Source of the DNA: the human T2T-CHM13v2.0 reference genome, Homo sapiens
DNA: 64,000 nucleotides
Strand: one strand, 5' to 3'
NCBI RefSeq assembly: GCF_009914755.1
Contig: NC_060942.1
A program made the translations under genes and the position numbers. Shown one piece after another: positions 12,011-25,900 of the stretch; the first letter of the stretch is position 1, and each line of letters begins with the position of its first letter. The notes beneath the pieces are model-generated. The model saw only the letters and a list, made by a program, of their open reading frames with translations. It ran no database searches and was not told the DNA's origin.

Positions 12011-15000
12011 TGGTCAAGCTCAAGGAACCCCAAGGTGGACCCAGAGGCCTGTGGCTGTCCTACCCCAGGCCCTGGCAAGCAGTTTCTCTTTCCCTGGGCT
12101 GTCAGACGCCAGCACCTCCTGCCTGGGGTAGGGACATAGGCTTGAGGGGCTAAAATGTCACCTCATGCATTGTTTTGGAAGCAGAACTCTCTGGGAAAGG
12201 ATTTCTGCTTGAGAGTCTGTGTCACGGTGTCTCTGCATCAGAGCACCACCCCACCATGTCCCCAGGTCTGCTGGACACTGCTCAAGGAATCATCCTCTTT
12301 CTCTTACAGACCCTGGTTAGTAGGCTTTCCATACATATTTGTAAATAAGTAAAGGTGTGAAATATGAGTGCTTCTTATCTTAATTCATCACTCTGACTTC
12401 TCCCTTTTCTCAACCCCCAAATGGTTCCAGAATTCATCTCCTTCGCCTCTGCATAGCCACATCTCTGGCTGAGATCCCAGCATAGCCTGAGCCAAGTACC
12501 CACTGCCCCCACCCCTTCTTAACCCTCACACCCCAAGGGAGTTGAAACTCAGGGCTGGTACCTCACTGCTCCATGCAAAAGTCTCCTCCAGCCTGCAGAA
12601 AAATGTTGCCTGGCTTTGCCAGCCATTCCAGACCCTCCAGATGAGGCACCACCCCCAGCTGCCCCTCACACACCTGCCTCAACTTCCTGAATATGCTTCT
12701 ACATCTGGCCTCTGCCTTGCTTCCGGGTTCCCTCTACCTGGAATGGCCCCCTCCTTTTCTCTGCCTGTAGCAATACCATTCCTTTTATGGTCCAACATAT
12801 TTGCTCATACTTCTGGGAAACCTCTTCCTGGCCTGCAAAGGCACCGCCCTCTTTTTACAAAACTGACCACATTATGTGTGTGTTCTTGCCATTTGCTGAA
12901 TGGATGAATGAATATGATAAGGCAGTTCAGGAAAAACAGCTTGTGTTTGTGGGGTACTCCCTAACCTTTAGCCCAATGCTAATTTTCTTGAACATTCTCT
13001 AACCAGCCCCAGTAACTCTCAGGGTCACATTTCTTCAAAGCTCCCAAGGAGGGGATTATGAGTACTGACCGTGTGACACTCTTGGGGGAACTGGTCCCTG
13101 CCACAAACCTTCACTGGGGCTGGAGGCTGCTGTCCTGACTTTAAGGGCTATGGGATTTAAGAGAAGGGGGTTACAGAAAAAGCCGACCCTTGAACTGGGA
13201 AAGATTTCCATGGAGAGAGGTCATTTCAGGTGGAGGGAACCTCAGGAGCAATGGCAAGGAGGTGGGACTCGGCACAGAGCATCGGGGGTCAATGGTGAGG
13301 AGGCTGGCCTGCCTGGGGTGGAATTCAGGCTGAGGGCAGGGTGCAGATGACCCATCAGGGCCTCAAATGCAGACTGCAGTCACTGGATGGCCAGCAGCCT
13401 GGGAACAGGGGTAGTCTGAAGAGAAAATGCCGATATGAGCCTCTGTACCACCCTGGCACCTAATAATACATAAGGTAAAATAAAGAAGCTTATTTTTCCA
13501 GCAGGACTCATGAACTCCCCACAGGCAGCAGCTGGTTTTCTTCTTCCTTCTCCCCGCTCCCTCCACCCCCGTCCTGTTTGATCTAACCCAAGTCTTGTTC
13601 TTCAGGCTGACCTTGGGTTTTGCCTGGATTTGGACTGAGCTGCCTTCTCCAATGAGCCAGCATTCCTCTCCACTCATCTGTCTTTCTAGCAAAAAACCCC
13701 TATTGCCTTGCCTCCAGACAGACCTATCATATTTGGAAAAAGGAAGTTATAATTCAGGTTAAAAAATAACTAAAAACAGCTTTGCAAAGATTTGTGCACT
13801 GGGAAGCAGAAAAGCAAATCATATCCCTTTGCATCCCAACAGGTGGGCAGTAGTTTCTCGTTGCCTGAAAGGGGCTGGGAGGTACGAGAGGATGCATCTC
13901 AACTCTGAGCATCTCCTGTTTTCCATGCCAGGAGGCAGGTGGGCTCTGTTCTATGAAGGAGGCCTGGGAGCCCAGTGAAGTTTGCCGCATTCAAATGACC
14001 CAAGTCAGACCTTTAGGCTCCTCCAGTGACCCTCTCTTGCTTGGGTGGGGGACAGCCAACCCTTTGCTGACCTCCTTTACAGGTAGCCCCCACATGGTTC
14101 TTGTCATGCATCTTGTGACCTTATCTGTTGTGAGCACCTTGAAGGCAGGAATGTAGCTTAATTTTCCCTGTGTTCACCCACAGCTTTGTTCACACCCCCG
14201 CAATAAGCAAGGTATTCAGGACAACCATGCTGATATGTGATGGCTGTATTATGACCACCCATCAATATGGAAATGTCCATCCGGCATCAGGAAAAAGAGT
14301 CCGCCTGCAAAGCATATTTTACTCCCAACATCACACTTTGTTTAATTAACTATCTCCACTGGCGGTTGTTAACACAATAAAATATATTTTTTAAAAATAA
14401 CATGATTAACCTTGGGAATTAAAGAGTCAACTAAACACATTGTTTTCACTGTACCAGGCACAGGAACCAGCCCTGGATGTGCTACGGCCCCTAATGAGGA
14501 GAGCAGCCATCAGTTAACTTACAGCCCTTTCCTCTCTGTGACGTGTCTCCAGCACGAGGACATGGGTCCCTATCCCTAGAGTCAGCTCTGCCGTGGCCAA
14601 AGTCCCATCCCATCTCCCTAGTGAGAGCCTTCTCCCTCAGGGATGCCCAGGCTGTGCATTGCTAAGTGGCACTTTAGGGGAAAAAAAATCCACATTCAAA
14701 TGTATTTCTCTCCCTCTCCACTCAAAACCTCTGGGCTTTTGGATACGAGAGCCTTTTATTTCCTTAAAACAGCAGCGCCTTCATTTTGTTTTAAGGATTT
14801 AATGCATTGAGAGGTGGGAGGAGCGGATGGGAAGTAGAGAATTTCTCAGGCCTATCTGCTCACACCTTCTAAAGGATGAACCATACCAAGTGCAGAGCAT
14901 CCAATATTTGGGCCAAAGTTAATTCTTTCTTCCTTTGTCTTCAGGCTTAATTTGCTCAGAGGGTTCTTGTGAGTGAGACCTCCTCTGCTTTTTATTATTC

Positions 15001-18000
15001 TACCTCTTCTCCCTTCTCTCCTCTTCTTCCAACTCATGTCCACTTCCCACCAAGGGTGTCACTGTACCCTTGTGGGATAGCACAGCCAAGGCCTGGGCTG
15101 TAGGGGGCAGGAAGGAATGTGGTTTGGGGCTCCCCAATGAGAAGCCCCTCTCTTTCCAGGCCCATAATTGGGGAGCCAGGGCTGACAGGGCTGAGCCCAG
15201 AGTGCCTCTGCCCCAGCCCTGTGACATCAGGGCTGTGGACACAGAATGTGAGCATGGGCAGTCAGGGAAGGATGATGGAGGTGGATGGCAGATCCCTGCA
15301 GCAGATCTGCAGGACACACGCTTTTAGGTCATAGACAAGGTCTACGAGCTGGGTCACTGCAGGAAATCTTGCCACAGAGAATGACTGATCATATACCCGC
15401 AGCTGGGACAGGCCGAGGTTTGGGCCCCCGGGCTCTCCCAGGGCTCTGTAGAGAGGTCTCCTCACCCTGATGCCACTGAGGGCCAGAGGAGCCTCCATCC
15501 TAGAATCTCGCAACCTCCTTCCTTTGGAGCCTGTCTGCACCCCCAGACGGGAAGGTCCCTGAGGGCTGGGCTCACTCTTCATTCACTCTCCCATCTCCAG
15601 CAGCATGAAATGCACTGAGTGACTTCTTGTTGCTGAATCTGGGCCCCGTGGCTTCTGTTCTCCTCCTGAGGCCTCTAGAGTGTCATACCTACCCTTGGTC
15701 ACCTGTGGCAGAGGGAACCCCAGAGCCTCGGTCCTGCTTCAGTGCTGGCACCTTCCTCTTTGGCTGCACAGCTGCCCCTGGTTTCTCCCCATCAAGTTAT
15801 CCCTGGGCCTTTTCCTCCTTCTCCAGGGCAGACACCCTGGTCTGGCCTTTTGCTTCTGAGGCCTTGTTTCCACCTCTGTGCCTTAAAAGAACCCTCCATT
15901 GTGGGGCTTGGTAAGGACTCTGGAAGTGGCCTCGGTGGGGTGGCCCGTAGTGCTGGCTTGTTGAGACCCTGAAAGGACAAGCCTGCTTCTGCAGGCCCAG
16001 GACTCTGCCTGCCCTATATGGATTGAGGAGTGAGGCTTTGCTTCTCTGTGTGCAGGACCTGGGTTAACAACCTGCCTTGTCCTGCTCCGTCCAGCCCTGC
16101 ACGTCTGACAGCGTGTAGTCCCAAAGGGGACTCTGTCAAAGGGCTCAGGGCCACTCAGATCCATGATGAACATGACTCCCTTATCTGCAGGGCCACATCT
16201 TTCCCAAAAGGCTTCTGCTGCCATCTTCTGACTGAATTCCTTTGGGTCGAAATTAGGATGGGTCTTCTTAGCCCCCATTTATAGCTGGGGAAACTGAGGC
16301 CCAGGTGATCAGGTGATACACAGCCATGAATAACAGAGCCAGGCCTGTACCCTCCTGCGGATGCTCAATCTGGGGCCTATTCCTGATGCACTGTAGCCAT
16401 GCCCAGGTGAGAGGCAAAGATCCACATGCCATTCTCTGGGCTGCCAGTCTAGTGATCATCTTTACCAGGCCAGAGGCATTTCCTGAGACCACACCTCGGG
16501 AACTCCTCCAGCCCCAGGCCTGCATGTTTAGAGATTCAGCCTTCATTCCACTTCTCCACTCCCTTCCTCATCTTTGGATGGGACAGCCTGATCTTCCTCT
16601 CCCAGGCTTTCTGTCACTGGGCCTGCCAGAAGCTCCCTCCCTGGTGATGTCTTTCCTGAGGAGGCTTCTGAGACCTGCCCCCATCTGGAAGGTTCAGTGG
16701 AAGTAGGAGGTGGCTGCTTCTATCACTGGGTGCTTGCAGAAGCCGGGGTGCCTCCTAAAGAGCAGGAGGGCCTCTGAGTGTCTCTGGTTCTCCTCTTGGG
16801 ACAAGGCCCTGGCTCCCTGTGGCCTTTGTTGCCTCCAGAGCCTGACTGGAGCTGTCTTCAGGAGACACCAGCGGCTGATCGTGGCCCCTCGCTGCCAGCT
16901 AGGCCATGGCTGAATCTAGCAGGGCTTCCTCCTCCTCAGAGTGGTCTCCCTGAAAATATCCCAGTCCTCCTGAAAGCCCCCTCCAGACACAGAGTCAGCT
17001 CTTTCTGGGACCCTTACACCCCAAGATCCAGGGCTAAGAGTGCCGCTGGGCATCTGGGAGTGTGCAGAACTTGGAGAGAGGAGGGGAAAGGAGTCTTCCA
17101 CCAACCCACTTCCCAGGCAGCTGCTGAACAAATCCAGGGACTTAATAGGAGCCACACAAAGCCCTTGAGTTGCTCCAGAGATCAAGGGTCAGCCTGAATA
17201 CCTCATTAATTAACTGAGCAAGGCTTCCTGCTATTGACAGGGTCTGGGAGCTCAGCCTGGGAGAAGACCTTACATCCCGCAGCCCGAAGACCATCTCCAC
17301 TTCCTCCTCCTTTCCTTTCTCCCACTCACTGGTGCCCACTGGCCTGTTCCATCCTCTGAGCCCAGCTTTCCCAGGAGGCTGTGGCCTGGCAGGACTGTGA
17401 AATGTGACCCTTCCATTTTCAAGCCTGACCCCCAAGTTGTTTCCCTGTCCTCTATCCCTGCCCACTCCTCCTCCAGTCCTTTCTAGCATAATATCCGATG
17501 CTCCAAGGATCCAGCACAATCTGGCTCCCACACACCTTCAAATGCTGCTCCTGGATGTCTATCACCAGGGAGAGGATGTGACGAGCTGATTCACACCGAG
17601 GTGTCAGGCTGAGGGTGTTGGCAGAGTGGGTGGGTGGGTGGTGATTTCGTTCCAATAAGGGTCATGCGTGAACTCTAACAGTATAAGTTTTAATGATGGG
17701 ACTTCGAGCATCAAAGACAGGCCAGACAGCAGGATATTTTGAGCAAGGAGCCCTTTCCCGGGACGGCTAAGGTCATGAAGTGGGGGTGGCAGCATTCTGT
17801 GCTGGTGGCTGAGGCTGTCCTGTCTCTGGAGCTCTTTTTCCCATTAGGGCTCTGCTTTTTCTCTGCAGATGTGAGTATCTGCTTTGGCCACTTCCACTGC
17901 CATCCCTAGCACCACCCCTGAGTTTTCCAGGTGCACACTAGAACTCTTGCCTCTGGGAGTTTTCTTTGCCCTAGTAAGGATGTACCACTAGTGGAGATTT

Positions 18001-18169
18001 CCCCATGGTGGGGACTGGCCTTCCATTCAAATGTTGCTGAAGAGAGGGCTCCATTATCACCTTTGGGCTTATGTGGAAGGAGTACTGCATGGCCAGGTAT
18101 TTCACCTCCTGGCATGGAATGAGGTTCTTCAACCTGCTATTTTTGGGGACCAACACATAGGAGACCTTG

Positions 18170-18720
18170 TTACAGTTTGCAGTATCTCTGTTATAACTTG
18201 TAGAGCTCATCCCTGCCGGCTGACATTTGTAGAGCCTATTGCTGTTTGCAGAGCCAGCTGTTTCTTGAAGGGCTCGTCACTGGCTTTAGAGCCTGTGCTG
18301 TTTGTAGAGTCTGTTGTTTGCAGAACCGGGCATCACATGCAGAGCTCATCACTATCTGCAAAGCTTGCTGCCACTTATAAAGTTTCTCGGGGTTTGCAGA
18401 GCCTGATACTGCTTACAAAGCTCATTAAGGTTTGCAGAACCCATAGCAGTTTGTGGAGCCTGTTGTTTGCAGAGTTACTCCTTGCTTGCAGAGTTCTTCG
18501 CTGGTTTTAGAACCAGTTACTCTTTGTAGAATCTATTGTCTTTTGTAGACGCTAAGCTTGCAGGCTGAGCTCATCAGTATCCACAAAGCTTGTTGCTATC
18601 TGGAGAGCTTGGCTCTGCTTGCAGAGCCTTCATTTCTTGCAAAGCTTGCCTTGGTCAGAGAACTTGCTGCTACTTGTGAGTCTGACATTGCTTTCCGGGC
18701 TCATCGCTGATGACAGAGCC
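18170..18720 (+). repeat. Highly diverged tandem array of about 19-bp units with a conserved TTTGCAGAGC-like core
   Basis: Core starts at 18319, 18338, 18357, 18376, 18395, 18414, 18433, 18452, then 18468, 18487, 18506, 18525, 18544, 18563, 18582, 18601, 18620 (19-bp steps apart from one 16-bp step). Confidence 0.85.
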
Positions 18721-20864
18721 CTGGGACACTTTCTGATTCTACCTCCTATGCCTGGACTACCTGCCTTGTGGTGAATTTTCAAGGATGTGGGGCCATACCA
18801 CAGGGTTTTAAAGTGTTTTCTTGCGCTCATAGGTTTTTGGATTGAGCTGCTGAGTTCATGCTCCACATCATTCTCTTTGGTCCCAGTTTGTCCCCATGAC
18901 ACTGGCTCCATGCTTAGACTCAGTCATCTCTCTAAAGCCAAAATGCTCTGTGTTCTCTCTCTCCCAGAGTTAATGGTCTGTGTAGGTAACTCTCTCATCT
19001 CTTTTGCTCAGAGCTCTTGAACTTCCAGTCAGTTACCTGAATTCTCTTCACCTCTGTCTCAGTAGGATCTTATGTCCTTCCATCTACTCACTCTCTTCTT
19101 AGCATGGAGTCCTCACATTTTCATAACCACAGTCATCCACAGGATTCATGGATGTGATGTGCTGGAAGTGGGAGGAATGAGGACTGGACAGCAGTTTGGG
19201 TCACACATGAGCTCAACTCCATGAAGCTCACGTGTGACCCAAACTCCTGTCACACATGAGCCTGTGGGCCATGTGACCTTGGCCTCAGAGTCTGGAGGGA
19301 TGCATGCCGATCTTCAGCAGCTCTGTCTTGCAGCTTTTGCCTTGGGTTGGCTGTGCTCACACTCAGTGGGGAGCGGGTGGAGGTCTTGGCATTTGTTGTG
19401 CAAGGTTGTCGTTGGCCATTACTGGAACACCCCAATCTATCCTCATAGACTTTGGACACTCAGCCCCTAACAACACACCAACTTGTTTTTTGTGTGTGTG
19501 TGAAGATGCTTTCTTCTAAATACATACGTCCTTGGAAGGCAGAGTTTGAATGGCATGATGTGCAGTTTATCATATTGAAAGACTTTTCAGAAAACCAAAA
19601 GGAAAATCAAATAGCAATTCCCAGGTACTTGTTACAAAAACCTAGCAGTTCAAATTCTGAATGGATGGGCAGTATTGGCCAAGGGGGAGGAAGTCGAAGG
19701 AATAGACCCAATATCACTGGTGCTTCTTTGGGAAGTTTCCTAAGAATCACCATGGCCCCAGGGCTCGCCATGTCTGAACATGAGTGGGTCTGTGTAGAGA
19801 TCTTAACCCTAAAAGTTTCTGTACTTAGGAAGTCTGTGATATGAAAACTCAAGTCCAGAGATGATCACCCACTTTATATAAGGAGTTATTCAAATAACTC
19901 CCTGGACACATTTAAAATGGAACACGGTCCTCTCTGTAGTCCAACCAGGAACACAGCTCTTATGCTGAGCGAGGGGTTCCTGAATTACCCTTGTTTCTTT
20001 TCCAGGAGGTTGCAGCTGAGGACATCGTGCAGCCCAACTACTAACAGTGATGAGGTCTGGATTTTCCTGACTTTCTCTGCTTCTGTGCTATGGAATGGCC
20101 AGAAGTTCAGCTTGTGGAACACAGAATGGTCTGCAAGCAAACTCTTTCCTCTCCTTGAAATCTTGCTATTCCTGTCCTTTGTTCTTAGAAGAAACTGAGC
20201 TCTAGATATGTCTCACTGTTGGCTTTGTCCACAGGGCCCCAAGGTAAGCACTGCTGCTCAGGAGATAATTCAGAGTGCTAATGGCATACAGATGCATGCG
20301 AATTCATGTGCACACACACAAATTAGGCTGCAATTATCACAGGAACTATTTGCTAATGCTGGTTACCATTTGAACCATTACTCAACACTGGTTCCCACAG
20401 AAGTCTGGTCACTGTGGCTCAGCATGAGGCCTGCCTCTCTGGCAGTCTTGGAAACTTGGCATCAACACCAAGTAACAGCTGTGGGTTGATTGGATGTGGG
20501 AGGTGGGTCTCTTAAGGTTTGCTATGGGAAAGGAAAAAACCTGCTGGAAAATGACACTGAGATTCCATCAAGGGAAGGAAAAACCAGCATCAAAGACAAG
20601 GAATGCCATACAATACATCACATGCTAGTGTGGGTGGCCAAGAGTGTTATTCACACAGTGTGTCCATTTCACTCAACAGCTCTTCCCTGCTGTCTATTGC
20701 ATGCCTGCGGTATGAGAGGCTTGGGAGAAGGTATCTAAGACAGGAGCCACCCCACAGAAGCAACTAGTTCACCACAGGTGTGGAGGCTGATTCCCCATTG
20801 AGTCCTATGGGAGTTATCAAGCCCCAGGGTGGAGGCAGGGCTTGAGATTTGCTGTCAAGAGTGC

Positions 20865-21236
20865 CGTGTTAATCTGTGCTCATGCTGCTAATAAAGACAT
20901 ACCTAAGACTGGGTAATTTATAAAGGAAAGAGGTTTAATTGACTGGCAGTTCAGCATGGCTGGGGAGGCCTCAGGAAACTTATAATCATGGTGGAAGGGG
21001 AAGCAAACTCGTCCTTCAAATGTCAGCAGCAAGAAGTGCTGAGCAGAAGAGGGAAAAGCCCCTTATAAAACCATCAGATCTTGTGAGAACTCATTCACTA
21101 TCACAAGAACAGCATGAGGGGAACCGCCCCCATGATTAAATTACCTCCCACCAGGTCCCTCCCACAACGGGTGGGGATAATGGGAACTACAATTCGAGAT
21201 GAGATTTGGGTGGGGACACAAAGCCTAACCATATCA
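20865..21236 (-). mobile_element. THE1 (ERVL-MaLR) solo LTR, THE1C-like
   Basis: ataaagacatacctaagactgggtaatttataaaggaaagaggtttaattgac...gagatttgggtggggacacaaagcctaaccatatca is the reverse complement of the THE1 LTR, about 370 bp. Confidence 0.92.
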
Positions 21237-22356
21237 GATGGAGTGGATTTTAGTGCTGGTGAAAGGAGGCAAGGCATCTCAGGCAGCCAGAGCTGTCCTG
21301 CTAAGCAATGTGGCTGTACGCCAGAATGGTCAGTGGTCACCGAGTCCCAGCAGTAGCTTCTGCTCAGTGAGTGGCTGCCATTTCCCCCTCGTCTTGGCAG
21401 CCCTGCAAAGGACCGTATTGTCATGCTCATTTTGCAGATATGGAGGTAGAGGCCAGTGCAGGTAGGAGACTAGCTACAAGGCCACATGGGTGCTCTGGTT
21501 GGATTGGAATTAGAAGCTGCGTATGTCTGACTGTTGGTGAGGATGCTGAGAAGGACAAGGCATGATTGGGGGAAAATGGGAGGGTCATAGTGGTACTGTT
21601 GAAAGAGCTCCTGGGAGGACCAAGTTTATCTTACCCATGAGGGAAATGTGGCACAGAGACAGTAATTGATACTTGGTCTACAGCAAATGGGTGGCAGAGC
21701 AGAGGAGAGTAGGTGATAAGCTTCACCCCACCGTGAGCCCTGCTGACTCCCTGGAGCACCCTGAGAGCTCAGCAGAGGTAGGAGGATGATCTGGGGGTTG
21801 CCCCTGTATCCATTTGCCCACCCCTGACCCAGAAAGGCCTCTCTGGCATTGCCTGGAGGTCTCGAGCAGGGAAAAGGAGAAGCTAGCATCACGGTCTCCT
21901 GGGGGTATTCAGTAGCCTCCAGAGAGCAGTTTGTCCAGCTTCCCTTTAGGCAGCAAGCTGGGCTTCCCATTGGTGACTCCTGGTGCCACATCTCCTCTCC
22001 TCACCCTTGTGTCTGCTCCTCCGGAGGCCTTTCTGTCTGGCTGTCTGTCCACAGGCCCTGCAGGCATTGTCCGATTTTTCTCCCAATCCTTCCCTGGTGG
22101 ATGCACCCTGAGATCTCTGAGCTGCCAGCTAGGCAGGCTCCTAGCCACCAGAGATTGGAGTCAACAGTGGGGTTGTCAGCATCCATGAGTCGCTGTTGCA
22201 GTAGGTGCTGACATCTACTCTTCTATGTTGAAGTGAGAGCTGGGGCCCTCATGTTTGCTGGGAGAGGGGAGTAGGGTTGTTGGAAGATGCTTGCTAGGGC
22301 CATGAAGGGAAGTAAAAGGGCAGTGTGCATGATAGATAGACAAGATTTGACTTATT

Positions 22357-22547
22357 CAAACTTGTCCAACCCCTGGCCCAGCACAAATTTGCAAACTTTC
22401 TTAAAACATTATGAGGTTTTTTTTTTTTGCGATTTTTTTCTTTTGGCTCATCAGCTATCATTAGTGTTAGTGTATTTTAGGTGTGGCCCAAGACAATTAT
22501 TCTTCTTCCAATGTGGCCCAGGGAAGCCAAAAGATTGGGCATCCTTG
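22357..22547 (-). mobile_element. MER30 (hAT-Charlie) with a small internal deletion
   Basis: caaacttgtccaacc...ctcatcagctatcattagtgttagtgtatttt...gtggcccagggaagccaaaagattgggcatccttg matches the recalled MER30 consensus in reverse. Confidence 0.85.
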
Positions 22548-22734
22548 TTTTAGATAATGCAAGGTGTACCATGTGTAAGAGCCATTTGAAATGCCTGAGT
22601 TCTCTGTTGAGCACTCTGTGGACCTGCACTCTGGGGGAACACAGGAGAAGACACAGCCCTTGTCCTCAGGGAGCTCCTTTTCCAGAAGACACAATGAATG
22701 CACAGAAGTCCCTAGAGAACCTTCTCCATGAGGA

Positions 22735-22905
22735 CAGGGTCTGATGTGATTTGTAGATGCAAATTGGAAATGTGGCGGCCCTAGTTCAAAAATGATTAAG
22801 AATTTCAAGATGATGACTGCAGAGCATTAACCCAAGTGAGGGGCCCTCCTGAGAGTTCAGAGCTTTGTGTGACTGAGCCTCACATGTCCATGGCAGCGGG
22901 CATGG
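22735..22905 (-). mobile_element. MER45A-like (hAT-Tip100) DNA transposon
   Basis: gttcaaaaatgattaagaatttcaagatgatgactgcagagcattaacccaagtgaggggccc matches the recalled MER45A consensus in reverse. Confidence 0.75.
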
Positions 22906-25900
22906 CTGCACCAGGCCTGGCTGCAGCAGGTCAGAGAACCAAGAGCCCAGGCAACTCCCCAGAGCCCTTGCTGGGCCCTCAGAGGCACCCGACATATTTG
23001 TGGACTGTGTCAGGTAATTCACAAAAAACTCTTTAAGATCTCTCATTTCATGGGGTCCCTACCAAACCCCGTGATCAACTTTGAAATGATTCTTCCCAAT
23101 TTCCAGAAGTGTATCTCAAGGCCTAGAGAGATTAAACTGTCTTCCTAGGGTCACAAAGGAAGCTATAATTGGAAGTGGAAACAGAAGTCTTTGGACCTGG
23201 GCCAAAGGGTCCTGCCTGCCCCTGTTCCCTCCTGGACCCTACGATGCCAGCCCTCCAGGACTGCAGTGCCTTCACCCAGTTGGGCCTGAGATCTTTCTTT
23301 GGAGGGAGTTTTCCAGGGCAATGACCACTCTTATTGTCACTGCTCCTCTCCAGCCCCAACCTTGCTCAGTGGGTCCCAGCTCCTGGCCTGCGGCGTCCAG
23401 GCCCTCTAAACACTCCTGTCAACCTGGAGGTTTTTTTTCTTACCTTTGTGGGTGTTTTCTAATCTGTCCCCACCCAACTGAGTGTGACATTTTACAGTCA
23501 TATTCCTACCTCCTGGCAGGGCCATCCAGGGCTGCTAATGAGGCCTTCCTTGGTTTATGGTAATGGCGCCCTCCTGTCCCCTCTCCCTCATGAAGTATAC
23601 CACACCTGCCACCCGCAGACTCCCAGGCCCCTCCTCCTGACCCCGAACTCAGGCTGCCCTCCCTGAAAGGCCCCCAGCCTTGTGGCGTATTTACAGAAAT
23701 GCCACACAGCAGAACACCCCAAATCAAATGAACGGTAACGGGAAAGCTGCTAGCTTCTAAATTAGCGGTGCATAATTAGTTTCATGCATAAACCTCTGGA
23801 AAGCACGGGGCTCGGGCTGGTGAGAGAGACAATTAGTTTTTGCAAGGATGAAGAAGAAGAGCAGAAAAGGAGTGAAGGAAGGCAGGAAGGTTGGCTGGAG
23901 AGGGGTCTGGGCTGAGTGAAATGTAGATCGCATCTGTACAGCCAAGCTCCACACACTGCCTTTCTATCTGGGAGGCCTTTCTGATGCCTCCAGCTCAGGG
24001 CTCTTAAAGACTCCCATCGATGCCTAGCCTCTCCCCTCCCACTGTTCTGGCTGCAGAATGACTCAGGCAGCCCTTTCTAGGCCCCTGGCTGGGGCTGCAT
24101 GGTGGGACACTTGGACCATATGTGAGCCCTCAGGGGAGACATCAGAGCTTTGTCCATTTCTGTCCCATGACTCAGGACTCTGCCTGGGGTGGGCTTGGGT
24201 GCCCTGGCTGGCCTGCTGTTTTGGGTGTGGAGGTGTGTTTCTCAGACAGGCTGGCTGAGAATCACAGCCTTTGAATCTCGGAGCCCCTGGCACTCTGTGG
24301 GTCACGGAGCAGCCCTGCCAGGGGAGGCATCTCACAGATGGGGAGTGGAGAAGCCCAAATTTTAGCCTGCCCTGGCTGGTTCACAGGGAGCAAGGGCCAC
24401 AGTGCTATCTTCAGACTTCTAAACTCAGCCAGTTTGGCCCACCCACACTGGCAATGCTGCCCGAAGGGAGACAGAGGAAGAAAGTCCACGCTGATGTTCT
24501 CAGATGTTCTCCCGGGATAACTACTTCCTTGTGTGCAATCTCAGCAAATGGACAGGTCTGTGAGGAGTCTCCTTGGGTCTCCTGACTCCTCAGGATGCTG
24601 CCATGTGCTGGATCACCATTATCCTGCTTCCGGGAAAGTCTCTTAACCTCCACAGGCCTTACTTAGTTTCCTCACCTATCAATTAAAGAGGGCAATTCCT
24701 GTCAACCTTCCTCCAGGCTCTGGGACGGCCAGTGTCTTCAGGTTGGGGAGATGCCTTAGGAAAGCTCTTTGCATGGAGGCCTGCAATCTTTATTGCTTAT
24801 TATATATTATTTATTTAGTCTTAATTTACAATTGCTTGATTTCCAGAGGATCTTAGTGCCATGGGGACAGAAATGTGCTGCCCAGTCCTCAATAAAGAAT
24901 GCTTTTCCTGCCATAAATAAACAGAATATCCAATCAACCACCCATCAGATTGCCTGGCCCTGGCACAAACAGAATGTCACTAATGAGACACAACACGCAT
25001 TAGCTTAATGCTCTTCCAGGGGAAGAAAGCTGGCCCTGAGTGCCAGCCGGGTTATGGTGGAAGATGGGAATGGGCAGCCTCCATGTGGACACTGGGGGAG
25101 GGCTCTGTGTACCAGCACCTCAAAGGCCACTGGGCAACCCTCAGAGAGCTGAGGTTTGTCTCAGTGGGGTCACTGCTGCAGGTCTGCTTTGCTTGAAGAC
25201 AGTGGGGGTTGACTGTGGGCCCACTGTGTGCCCAGAGCTGGGATGGCTCTGTGGGTACCATCAGAGGAGTCTGTGTAGGTTCAGGGAGATAAAATTCATA
25301 ATATAAAACAGAGTGCAATGTGGATTGGAGCACTGAGCAAAAATAATGTGGTTATGCAGTAAGTGTAATGGAAGGGAATTGGTATGCATGGGGTAGTCAA
25401 GAAAGGCTGCATGGAGGAGGAAGACATGAACACCTCCTTCAAGGACAAGCAAGAATTGGGGCAGGGGATGCATTCAGATGAGAGCCACAACATGGGCACA
25501 GGAAGGAAAAGAGAGCTCAGTATGCTGGCAGCAGAATCATGGGAGCCCAGAAGCTGGGGTTAGGAATCTGGGCTTTGTTTGATAGCACCAGGGAGCCATG
25601 GAGGGTCCTGGACTGCTGGCAGAGTCAAAGGCCACTGTGGACCACATTTAACCGGGTTCCTTCTTCAGCTCGCCTCTGCCATCCCCCTTTCTAGGCCAGC
25701 TGGGATGAGGCTCCACAAGGGGCCGGCTAAGTCGCGCCTGCTCTTTCTGTCTGCTCTTGATCACTGTCAGCTGCCTAAAGCCAAGCGCGAGACAGCAGCC
25801 CTCCCCAGCGGAGCTGAGCTCCCTGAAGATAAGATGAATGTCTGCAGGCCACAGAGCTGAGATGTTCCGAAGGAAGTGGAAGAGGAGGAAGAAGGAATAA

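Noticed and set aside
18031-18510. 159-aa ORF over the 19-bp array
   Set aside because: A 19-bp period is not codon-compatible, the start is non-ATG, and it has no recognisable domain.
18170-18720. CRISPR-like interpretation of the core-plus-variable-spacer array
   Set aside because: The context is a primate intron, the 19-bp units are far too short, the cores are degenerate, and there are no cas genes.
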